The position numbers were made by a program, and so were the translations under genes. The notes under the pieces were generated by a model. The model was not told the DNA's origin. It saw only the letters and a program-made list of their open reading frames with translations, and searched no databases. This document shows, one piece after another, positions 1 to 10,949 of a stretch of DNA of 64,000 nucleotides (the first letter of the stretch is position 1; every line of letters begins with the position of its first letter). Origin of the DNA: Penicillus capitatus (lineage: Eukaryota > Plantae > Chlorophyta); NCBI GenBank assembly GCA_965649825.1, contig OZ287703.1:496001-560000 (forward strand), given 5' to 3'.

Positions 1-3000
1 CCACGAACTTTTGAGTAACATCAAGTCGGCTGCTTTGAAGATATCTGACAGATTTTTTCCGCCAAACTCTCAGCAGAAGGCTTCGGACATAGAAAGAGAA
101 CTTCAGTTCGTAGAAGCACAGTATCGCTCAAAGCTGGTAGACTTGATGATGCAGTGGATCCAGCTGAATCCACGCGATGTTGGCATTGATCTTGTGCTGA
201 AACCGTTGATGGAGATGTTGCGAGAACTGCTGGCACCGGATGAGGGCACGAGCTCTGAGCCGTCTCTTGTTGACTTTCAGAGCATAGAACAATCTCTGAT
301 CGAGGCATTGAGCAAACTGGATCCTGCAGCTATTTCTCGTGAAACACATCCTTACGATCTCCTTTCGAAGGTCGTCGGCTTTATTGCCGTGTTGAATGAG
401 AACTGCCTAGAGAAGGCGGTCGAGCTCGCAAATGAGCTCTCTTCTCTGCAGATGGATCCAACAAAGAAAACAGCAATAGCTGCTTGCAGGGCCATCTCTG
501 AAGAACTATCGACAGAAGCATTTAAAATAGTGATGGATCTTTTGGAAGAAGATCATGATGATGACGAAAATGTCGAGAAGTTGATTCTGCACCGCATTCT
601 ACCGCAGCAGATTACTGATGCGTTTGACACCCTCATTGAATCTTGGTCTGACGTGGATTCAGATGCAAATGAAGAAGAATTGCTAAAGAAAATCGAAGAA
701 ATCAGCGAACCGGATGTGATGGCCACCTTCAAGCTTGTCGGCAATGTGACGAAAGCAAAGAAATCGGTCTCCTGCATGGACGAATCACAGATGGAGTCCA
801 TTGATGGCCTTCTTAAAATCAAGAAGCTCTTCGATTCGCTTTCCCCTCTGGGTTGTTGGGAGAAGAGAGAGAAGAGTCGAGCAGTTTGGAACATTCTCCT
901 GTCTGCGAGTGCCATTGGATATGGAGCCGAACTGACACTTGAAGGCCTCTGTCTGAGCAAGATGTCATTACTGCTGTCTCTGACTGAGTTCTATGGAAAA
1001 GGACATTGGAAGAAACGGGAATCACCAACCTGTGCAGATGACAGATGTGTGAAGCTCGAAATCGCTGATGTACCAGAAGAGTCGCTTTCCGAAGAAAGCA
1101 GTGATGAAGAAGCAGAAGCAAGCGAGGAAATCGCATCTGGCGACCAGGCAAAGGTATCCGAGGACGAAAATGAAGCAACTGTCGCTTCAGAAGATGGCGA
1201 GTGGCACTGGCTGTTGGAAAACTTCGAAGGACCAAAGGAACAGCTTGTTTCCCTTGAAGAAGAGAGTTCGAGGAAGACGGAGAAACAGGCCACTGAGATG
1301 GTATCGACTGATCAACCAGGCGACGTCTGTGGTCAGAGCAGTAGTGGATACATGGAGAAACTCGACAAAGTCGAAGACATTCTCCAAACAGTGATAGAGA
1401 GCATAGTTGAAACATCAACATCACCCATTAAAGATTCATCACTCAGAGCTCTCACATTGGATCGCATCGTGGATGAAATCACCAAAGTGAAAACAGCTGC
1501 AGACTCCTGGAAAGAAGTATTCGAAGAGGCAGTTCGTTATTCCCATATTCCAAAGAAAGAAGAGGAAAGGAATGCAGACAGTCGGGTCGTATGCGCAGGG
1601 CTATTCCTCATTTCTCAGATTCAGTTTTTTGAACGATACCTGGAGCTCTGCACGCTCTTTAAGATTCCGGAATTTGTGAAGGATGTGCTTGACGGCATTG
1701 TGCAACATTTGGATGCCATTCCTAAGAGCAACTTGCCAGTAGAATTCAGTAGAATCCTCGAAGGATTTGGTGTGTCAGTTGCAACAAGAGGAACCACGAC
1801 AGAAGACTTTTCAATGCCGTCAAGGCGAAGTTTCTTTGATCAATCTGAAATGAGTAGTAGTTCCCGGAGAGATGAAAACCGCCGAAGACAAGGCCTTTCC
1901 TCTTTTTGTGCTGATAAAACAAGCAATGCAGAGGATGTCATGATAATCGATACTGCATACAAAAGCTTTCTCCGAAAACTGCCAAACATAATTTCGGGTT
2001 GCAGTATTGAATCTATGTCTGCAGTGAAACTGCAAAGTGTGGATGGCTATAAGATTACCGTACATGTCGATAAACAGCTGCAGTCTCGGAGATTTCTAGA
2101 AGACAGGACGAAAGCGCAATCGCTTATGATGGAAGACGGGAAGATTAAAGAACGCAGCAAGATCAAGCTTCCTTCTGCGATTAAAGGAAGTACACACAAG
2201 TCTGGAAAGGCACGACAATTCAGTCAGGATAGTGGCGGAGTCGATGACAAGGATCAGGTATTTGAATTCTTCGCAGATATGGCAGAGGATCAGAGAATGG
2301 TAGTAATTCAAGCAGACTTTGACATTGATGAAAAGGCAATGCTTCAGAAGGCGACTTGTGCCGATTTGGTAGAAATCTACAAAAACACCGCTACTACAAG
2401 GAGCGATGTCGACATGATCAGATTGAAGGATCCAGTCTCGGTCAACAATCCCCGTCTGCATCCAGACAAATGGACGTATTCTTTGCTCATCGAAAGCAAA
2501 CCGTTTGTGCTTTTCCTGGTCGAGGTCATGCGCAGATGGGAAGCTCAGTTTGAAAGATTCTATCGCTTGACAGCTGAGAAGCACGTGATCCAGTGGTGCA
2601 TTCTAGTTGATAATTCAGGATCCATGATCACTAAAGAGATCCAGATGATAGAAGCCCTTGTTCTCGCGATGGAGACACTGAAGCGACTGGAGCAGCCGTT
2701 TGCTGTAGCTCGCTTCGGAGACCGAAAATCTCAACAGATGCTGAAGATGATGGAAGAACCCTTCACACAGCTCATCGGGCAGAAGATATTGGAATCTTTC
2801 TCCTTCAACGAAGGCACCTATCCTGCTTCAGCTGTGAGGCATGTGGCTGAGAAGGTTTGGCCAAGTAGCTTGTCCGAGAATGAGAGACTGCAGTGCCATC
2901 GAGTGATGCTTTTGATCATGGATGGTCTTACTCAAGAAAGATGTCCGGCAGACTACACAACCATCTGCGAACAAAAAGAATTCGAATTGGTTGTCTTGAA

Positions 3001-5846
3001 TTTGAAAGACGAAGCACAGAAGGAGATCATGAGCCAGATTGAAGGACTGTGGAGTAAAGTTTCTTCTTGTTATGAAGTGTTGGATGTACAATTTGTTGAC
3101 CAGTTGCCGCAGTTGTTGGCTGGACTCATGATTCAGTACATGGAAAACACACTCTCGAATATCGAGAAGAACAGAGACCGGCTACGCGGTATTGGACGGC
3201 CAATTGTTCAGGCCCATTGTCTTGAAAACGTGAAGCTCATCGTGGATGAATCTGTGTTGTTAGCAGATCTTAAGAAGCAAACTCTTCCTAAACTGCCTGG
3301 GAACTTCAACAGGAAGAGCTTCTTCGAGTCTGGCTGCGCAACAGATGGAATCCCGTATGCGACTGAGATGAAAAGCCTGTTGAACACAGACCTGGAACTC
3401 GATGCTGATGCGCTGGATTGTGTCGAGAAGGAGCTTCTCGATTTGCATCAAAGTCTACAGGTCCAACCAGAAGGCAAGGAACAGTTGAAGAGTGCCGAGG
3501 CTGTCTGGATGAAAGCCGAAGAGTGGTTGACTGTGGAGATCGCACACATGGTGGAAGCACTGGAAGGATTTCTCCCACAGAATCGCTTTACGAGGAAGAG
3601 GGCCGACATTCAGGGTCCATCCATCCATCTTCCAGGATTCATCAAGCACATTGCGACTCAAGGCAACGAGAAGAAGATCTTCGCGAACAAGAAGGGCGGA
3701 GGGAAGTCTGAGTACTCTGTGGCTCTCCTGCTAGACATCTCTGCTTCGATGGCGCAGGGAAGAAAGCGTTCGTGTGCACTGCAAACAGTATTGATGCTGA
3801 TCAGTGCTCTGAAGCAGATGAACATCCAGGACTTCTCAGTCATTCTGTTCGGCGAAGGCATCTATCCGATCAAACTGCCAGACGATGTCTGGGAAGCACC
3901 TTCGATGGCCTTGCTCTTCTCTGCAGTCCTGCATAGAAACGAGCTCTCCACCATGGATGCAGACGCTCTGCTCTTCGCTGCGAACCTGCTCGATCAGAGC
4001 AGTGTCCGTGGACCGAAGAAGATCTTCGTCGTGACAGATGGATATGGGAGTTCGGGAGTGAGGTTGGCAGGCGTGCTCCACAAGATTGAAGAAGATCTGG
4101 GAGTCGACGTGTTGGCGATGGGCGTCGGCCCAGAGGAGTTCTTTGTCAAGAAATGCTATCCCAAGTGGATTACTGCCGCGTTGCCTCAGATGGTGCCAGA
4201 TGCATTGGAAAGCATGTCCGACAAAATGGAGAGCGCAGCCAGACTGCAGAAGACAAACCAGAAGGACGTCATCGACTGGCAGAAGATTGCTTATTTTAAA
4301 GACGGAGCGGCTGAAAGCATTGAAGACGTTTTGAGAAACAAGGAGAGCGTGTTTCCCGACCTGCTGAAGGAGATGAAGACTGAGCGAGAAGCAAAGCTCA
4401 AGAGAGGGAACAAGCCATCCGCTTTCACAGTGGATGTCTGTTTCACCCTCGACTGCACAGGATCTATGATTTATTGGATGAAGGCTGCGAAAGAACAGAT
4501 CCAAGTGAACATCCTGAGCTATTGTGTGTCATCTATAATGAGTGTCAATCGTAGGGTATCGCTTGGTGCATATCAGATAGGATCAAAGAGAAGCATCCAG
4601 ATGTGGAGCTGGAGTTCCGTTTCGCAATGGTCGCCTATAAGGATTTTGGGGATGCCGAGCAAAAACTCACCCTTCCTTTCACTGCGAACACACAAGAGTT
4701 GGAGCAGTTTTTGCAACGCCTTACAGCAGGAGGAGGGTCCGACTTACCAGAGGATGTTTTGGGAGCCTTGAAGTGTGCAGCCGACTTCGATGGTTGGCAG
4801 AGCAATGTTCGATTCTGTGTACTGATTGGCGATGCACCTGGACACGGAAGAGATCTCAACGACTTCAGCGACGACAGGTTTCTAAACAGTGCATCTTTGT
4901 GCACAATGCGAGACATTGGTGATCAGGTACCCAGATGGAGATCCAACTGGACTGACGGCAAGCAGTGTCATGTCGGATCTGAAAGCAAAGGAGATCCGCT
5001 TACTCTTCTGCAGGATAACGCACAAAACAGATAGGATGATCAACGAATTTGCGAGACTCTACAATGACGGCGTGAAGTTTGAGTTGACATCAAAAGATGT
5101 CTTTGGAGACTGCACAGTACGTGTTTTTGCTTAAGAAGAAGCACATTGATTGGGATTATCTGTGTCTAGGCCAACGTTCAGAGGTGCTTTCACTTTGTGT
5201 TCTGTCTGGACGAATCTGGGTCTATGAGTGGACAACCGTGGCAAGATGTCTGCAATGCGTTTCGCCTTTTTTTGCAGAGGAGAGTGAGAGAGCAGGCGAC
5301 ATCTGATCTTGTCAGCGTTATTCAATTTGACAACAATGCTCGCATCGCAATGCAGGGAGTGTCCATTCGGGAAGATTTGGAACTTTTAAGAAACAGAAGG
5401 GGAGGGACAAAATTCATTCCTCCGCTCACCGTTGCACAGAGAATTGTCTCGAACAGTCAGACTGCCCATATTCCTGTTCTTGTCTTCATGTCAGACGGAG
5501 CTGGCGGAGACTCTCATGGATGCGTTCTGAATAAGATGAGAGAGCTCATTCAATACTGTCCATCGTTAAGCGTGCATACAATAGGATTTAGACGTGGTGC
5601 CCCGCACGTTCGATTACAAGTACGTAGCACTTCTACTTGGTGTCGGATTGTTGACGATTCAACTGTTGTTAGGAAATGGCAGCTGCGGCTGGGGGACAGT
5701 ATCACCAGGCCATCACAGGAATCGATCTGTCAAATGTCTTTCTGATCATTTCGAAGAGTTCGAAAGCAGTAGATGAACTGGCCTCTCAATTTGGGAAAGT
5801 GATCGGCGACATGGTTTCTTCTGCTATCATTCTTGGACATCTCTGA
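1..5846 (+). CDS. 5'-truncated paralog of the giant midasin-like AAA+/multi-vWA protein (C-terminal ~1,880 aa: helical/acidic region plus vWA1-4)
   Basis: Frame is open from the window edge. Exons <2-4504, 4555-4877, 4927-5116, 5170-5619, 5673-5846 are joined by four 49-53 bp GT-AG introns that keep the frame. MIDAS motifs are WCILVDNSGSM, LLLDISASM, FTLDCTGSM and FCLDESGSM. Colinear with 38368-44213. Confidence 0.9.
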
Positions 5847-6518
5847 GATGTCGCTATTCCTTTGAGGCATTCGAATGGGTCTGTCTGACATCTTCGATGC
5901 TCGAAACAATCTCTCTTGATTCTCGGAACACGCTGGACTGATCGAATACGTGACTCTTTCTCTAAGCTGTGGATTCTTCGACACTTTCGTCCTTCTGTAG
6001 TGGATTAAAGATGTCTTGGTTTTCAAAGAGCTCCTCGCTAGTCATTGATTCTGTCATTTTCTCCAAAGATCATGTTCATTTATTGCTGTGAGGGTTGCAT
6101 TGGCAAGAATCTATTTATCAGTCATTTTCTCGAAAGATCTGAATCTGCTGTGGATAGATAATCTACCTGCCTGAAGAAAAAGAAGCTGATCGACTAAGTC
6201 CTTTCTTAACAATGATCTAAATGTAATGAGGCAGCTGAGCCATTGCAACACAAACACGCGACAACATCCACATCCACTAACATTACAAACAGAGCCCTGT
6301 CTCTTTGAGTTCAAATTGCCATCTCATTCATGCATCTGCTTCAAGGATGGAACTCCACTCAGACATCAGAGATCAGCCACGCAAAGTCATGCGCCATCGC
6401 TGTTTACATCATTTTCTGTTCATGAGACGCATTCTTCTCCTTCATCATCGCTCGAACTATTTTGTTGTTTGTTTTTCTTTGTGCTGTGCCTCTTCGTGTA
6501 TCCAGGTCACGAGAACTC

Positions 6519-6635
6519 ATGTCTGGATCTCTGCTGCGCTCTTCGTCTTTCTTTTCTTTATTCCCTTCGCCGACTGTGCGCTCGACCAGCCACAGGAGTG
6601 CTGTTCGAAGCCTAACGCGACGTGATGTCGAATGC
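6519..6635 (+). pseudogene. Orphan 5' fragment of NTRC (first ~39 codons of the transit peptide), fused in frame to unrelated sequence up to 6851
   Basis: [39 protein letters not shown] is nearly identical to the NTRC N-terminus at 44887. Similarity stops abruptly at 6635. Confidence 0.8.
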
Positions 6636-7380
6636 CTTTTGTTGCGAAGACAGAGCCTTCTCTTGTTCTTCGTTGGATACGTGTGTCAGTTACAACAGAA
6701 AACGCATAAGGCTGAGAAGATCTTCACACATACCACAGCGACTCTGCCCATATCTACATCAAGATTCGGGGGACCAGCATCTGTTGCAACTGCGATGGTT
6801 TTGAGCTTAATCGCGCGCCTTTCTATCATCGCATGCAACCTCCATGTTTAGGTGCGGCATTTTCGTTGTCTGCGACAAGAGGTTGTGCCTTGCTTCTCAA
6901 GCCGTTCTTCGATTTCGTCCACTCCGCTCTGCGAAATGGACGGGACGAGGATCGCAGATAGGCAGATTTTCTAGAAGCACCTACTCGGTTCGATCGCATT
7001 CTGAGTCGAAGCAGTTTGAATTAAAGCGCGAGCTGCAAGTAGACTTCCCATCACAAACTGTCTAGCCGATACGAAGTAAGTGGGTGGAACGTTATGGCCC
7101 ATCAGAATCGCCTTTGTGGCGGAAATTCATTTCTTACATTCGGCCGCCAAAAGCTCCCGAAGGAAGCATTGGCCATCTCCGAGAGTCGAGTGTATGCCTA
7201 CCTCGTCGCTATCGCGGACTTCTGTACTATTTATTTGTTGGCGCATAGACACCATGTGCATTCTGTACCACTGTGGACGACGTTAATTACTTCTCGAGGG
7301 AGCTATGATGGCGAAAAAACGGACGGAAAACGATTCTAAGACACGTTTTAAACAACGTTTTGTCAGTCAGTGCAACAACG
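6636..7380 (-). mobile_element. Decayed Ty3/Gypsy pol fragment (RNase H tail to integrase zinc-finger region), truncated at the duplication junction
   Basis: Minus-strand CTD*QNV at ~7370 is nucleotide-similar to the RNase H tail at ~9060. D*AQNHRSCNRC (C-x2-C) lies at ~6800 and SQPYAFSVVTD at ~6700. Many stops and frameshifts. Confidence 0.45.
7285..7376. repeat. ~95-bp dispersed direct repeat (second copy 8966-9062)
   Basis: Shared blocks aatta-tctcgag-gagcta-gcgaaa, gattctaaga(c/t)acgt and aacgtt(t/c)tgtc-agtcagtgcaac. Interpreted as homologous RNase H segments of two Gypsy copies. Confidence 0.7.
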
Positions 7381-7439
7381 ATTATTCGACCGCCCTTCGT
7401 CAAGATCTTATATTATCATCTCCAATCATCAGAAAACCA

Positions 7440-10400
7440 TCGTGTCCGACACACTTCCCTGCCACTCCGAAGAAAAACATTCCGAAGGTCGGATTTCAGG
7501 TTTTTTATGTGAACATGCCGTGTGTCCGTTTACCATCGACCCATTGAATCTCCCTAAACATGGTACTTCTCTGTTTTCTCACCCGGTATGGACCTTCTCA
7601 GATCGGCGACCAGACTTTCTTGCGTTATTCCACTGGCATTTTCCGGAGAACTTCTTGTCCAACTGCGATACACCTTATACGAACATCAGGATATTGCTGC
7701 CTCTTTCGCCTATCTCGAAGACGACTCATCGCTTGCTCACGCCATTGATCCCGCAGAGATGCTTCCACACCCTGTCCATCTCAACATTTACCAAACGCAA
7801 GTTCGTTGGGAGTGAACTGAGTGGTCGAGTTCGCAGAATTGTTTGTTGCTCGCACTACTTCTGGAATGAAAGACACCCAGCTTCGACGCGATTGATGCAC
7901 TAACTTTCACAATCGCGTCTTAACATTGCCGATCATAAGTTCAACGGGGCCATTGCTGTGAGGTCGATACACACACCAGATGACCTCGCTTGCCGCACTT
8001 TTAGCACGTCACGGACCCCATTCTCTGGGCTGCATCGATCTGATTCGCGGAAGGATAACCATGTTGTCCGACCCACTCATCCATTGCCCGTTTTCCTTTT
8101 CTTTCAAGTTCACCTTCTGCAAAAGGCGACACACGTCCTCTCCTTCTACAACCGGAGCTTCCGACAAAGCCGTATGACATAGCATCTGCTCATTGCACCC
8201 ATCACTGAGTGTCTCAAGGTTCCCTCCTAAAACCCGAGAACTCCCCACGCCAACAGATTAACGAGGGCACCGATGACAAGCTAAGAAAGCACAAGCCCAG
8301 AAAATGCCAGAACGTCCTTCTTGATCGAGTCGTATAGAACCGTCGATGATGCTTGGATCTGAGACATCTAATGTGTCGGATCTGTGACAAACCCTGCCAT
8401 TTTGGCAACAAGGAACCTCATCACATGCCCAACGTGAAAAAGTGCTAACACAGCACTGCAGCACGCCGATACAAGTCTCACTCGTCGCATCCGACGCTTC
8501 AGGCTGCGACGTGCGCTGCTCATCAGACATCGGACAACGAAAACGGCGGTTTCGTCCGTGTAACTACACCCCACATCCATTTCGCCCATGACCAAACCGC
8601 ATCGTCCTAAGTTTCTTCGCTCGCCTTGTGCCCCAATTGCGTCCACAGTTCGTCTAACTAGCGTTGCAACTGCGCGACTTCTTCGCTTTGTTGAGTACGT
8701 CTGCTGTTCTAACCTTCAAGGATAGTATATGAGCTCGTATTAACGATATTAACAGCGCTCACAAATCACGGGAATTACAGTCATCGGATCAATGGCGTGT
8801 TAGTCGCCCCTCCAGATCGGGAGGTATTTTAGGAGGGGCGTGAACAAATAGGTAAACTCTTTTGCAAGCAGTCTTGCCTAAACATTTGAGAGTAATGACA
8901 GCTAAGACAGATACAAAAAGCAAAACCACCGGTCCTCTGGTCTGCGGTGACGGCACCATGTCGACAATTATCTCTCGAGAGAGCTACGAACGCGAAACAA
9001 ACAGATAAAAAAGCGGATTCTAAGATACGTCCAAAAAACGTTCTGTCGGTAGTCAGTGCAACTGATGGACTGAAGCGACTGCATATCAGAGTTGAGTCTG
9101 CAGAATCGACAATCAAAAAACATTAATTCACGTTTGTTTCTCCGCTGCCTCGAGAATGCGCTTGCGCGCCGACGGCGTCCGACCCGCCACGCTCCGTGCA
9201 CGAAAGTCTGGTTTCGGAGCCGAGCTAGGTCTTGAGGTGTTACTGCTTGTGCACGGAGCTGCCGCTCTTAAGACGTGCTCTAGGGCCGAATCACGGCCGC
9301 ACGAACCAACAACTACGGAGACATCTGAAGCTGCGTCGCCTGTGTCGGAGCCGCAGATCCATCCAGTCGTGGTGGTCGTGGCTCTGGACGCTCGTCTTTC
9401 GAGCTAAACCTCCGCCGGAGTCAGTCGCCGAGCCGGAGAAACATCGTAAAGCGCGTGACGGCGCCTTCGTCTGCGCGTCCAGCGTTGTGGAGCATGCAGG
9501 CGAGTTGACGATCTTGTCATCCGGCACTTAGGCCGGCATCTCTGGTCGCCGCTCGTGTTTACAAAGGGTTTCGTTGACGCGGCTTATGCCCTCGTCAGCA
9601 TATTCATGACAAAGTTCTCATATCGATCTCGGTAACACTCGTGATTAAGTCTGCACATGGCTGAAACGCTCGTTCTGCCTGGATATTGTCGATTTCTAGG
9701 CACGGCTTAGTTAAGAATAGTTATTTGTTGAACGTGCGGGTGTCTTACGTTGCGACGTGCAAGCGAAAGTAACGGTTTTCTTCGAAAAGCGTACACCACG
9801 CTCTTCTCTTAACGGGGCTTTCGACGAAATTGATAATCTCCGTTCGGGAGACGACTTTAGGATACGCGTCGTGTGAAATACGTCGAGTGGATTACAGTCC
9901 ATTGCCGGAGGGCATGTGATGGGCTCGTAGTTTTTTTCAACTAAGTTTATAATACTTTGACCGATTCCTATTCTCCGAAAATCACCAGCGTGTAAGAGGA
10001 TAGTAATTTGTAAAACGATCATCAGTACGTCAACTTCTCAGTATCCTTGGTAATCAAATCGATGCAATGTAATAATAGGATGTAGCTTGTCAAGTTGAAC
10101 CAGTGAGGCAGTTTTCTTGGCCATCGATCTTCATATGACAAAAATACCGTCACCAAGTGCGACGACATCTATAAGACAACAACTCCCAAGTACGGGGGAC
10201 AGAGGCTTTTAGACATTCTTCTCTATACTTGAGTTTGAGCAAGAGCAACAAGAGATCTGGCACATGTTAGACGCAACAAGCCTGTCATTTTTGCTAGAAT
10301 TACAGTTGTAGTTTCCATTATTCTAGCCCACTCTACAATCCCGTTTCGAACATTACAAGCATTTTTTCAGTCTATGAATCCGGAGATGCCTCGAGAAGTG

Positions 10401-10600
10401 CTGTGTTGATGAAAAGCTAAAAAGATCTGGTGACTACAGCGGGCATTGACGCTTGGCAAAAAAGCACAGTTGTCAAGTTTTATCCGAAGGGATTGTGCTT
10501 ACAAGTTAGCGGTATCTTCTGGTTAATATTTAACCCAGTCCAGTAATAGCCACCGCAAATCCGTCGATAGAAGGACAACCATCATTGGGTGAATATACAA
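7440..10600 (-). mobile_element. Decayed Ty3/Gypsy retrotransposon pol (PR-RT-RNase H-integrase)
   Basis: Colinear minus-strand motifs: protease-like IDGFAV..LLD (~10550); RT LLHAG..LVEKN, DAYP, RYFRLHVAT*DTR, YADE (~10000-9580); RNase H AFSR..KREL..CTDY (~9200-9050); integrase EWVGQHGYP, IRSMQPREW, YRPHSNGPVELM, SWVSFIPEVVRATNNSANSTTQFTPNELAFG (~8080-7790); GPY/F tail VGQEVL..SPI*EGPYRV (~7650-7570). Domain order is Gypsy-type. Confidence 0.82.
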
Positions 10601-10949
10601 TTTTTCTAGATTAATGGCGAAACGTAACGCAACTTGACGACCATGTTACAACGCAAAGACCATCGTATGACTCACGCAGTATGGTGATCAGCATACTCCA
10701 TTTCGAAACTAGTCTTGTTGAAGGGGTAGGTTGGTGGATGATCTAATCCCTTTGTACCATTCCATAATAAGTTGAGCGGTTTGACTTCCAGCCACGTTAA
10801 GAGAAATGTTTACATTTCTGTGTTGTGTCGTTAAAACTGAAACTATGACCCCTTTTATTTCTTCGCAATTGCACAAATAACTTTCTTTTACAAAAGCTTT
10901 GTTTGCGGTTGAAAAACAAAATGCGAAGGATCTTTGGGCGCACATCTCT

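Larger units (their letters stand above)
1..6635 (+). repeat. Left copy of a tandem segmental duplication (partner 38368-45003)
   Basis: ccacgaactt at position 1 matches 38368. Homology is continuous, including introns and 3' non-coding DNA, up to gtcgaatgc at 6627-6635 / 44995-45003. Offset is ~38,367-38,368 at both ends. Confidence 0.93.

Noticed and set aside
7080-7290. Plus-strand RNase H look-alike (KEALAI..YL..TIY) and small hairpins resembling an snRNA
   Set aside because: No spliceosomal snRNA signature was found. The RNase H reading conflicts with the minus-strand fragment and could not be extended.
8160-8650. Hydrophobic minus-strand frame with three in-frame TAG codons, suggesting TAG=Gln recoding as in some ulvophytes
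   Set aside because: Real genes here end in TAG/TAA (NTRC, COG6, UBC27, SEX4, PRL1). The frame is better explained as the decayed zinc-finger region of the Gypsy integrase.
7285-9062. The two 95-bp repeats as an LTR pair
   Set aside because: The right copy sits inside the pol frame at the RNase H tail (CTDY), and no TG..CA ends or target-site duplication are evident.
9900-10022. GNAT acetyltransferase-like FRRIGIG motif
   Set aside because: It lies in register with downstream RT motifs (DAYP, YADE) and fits the decayed RT N-terminus LL.AG.IR.S.S..LV.K.
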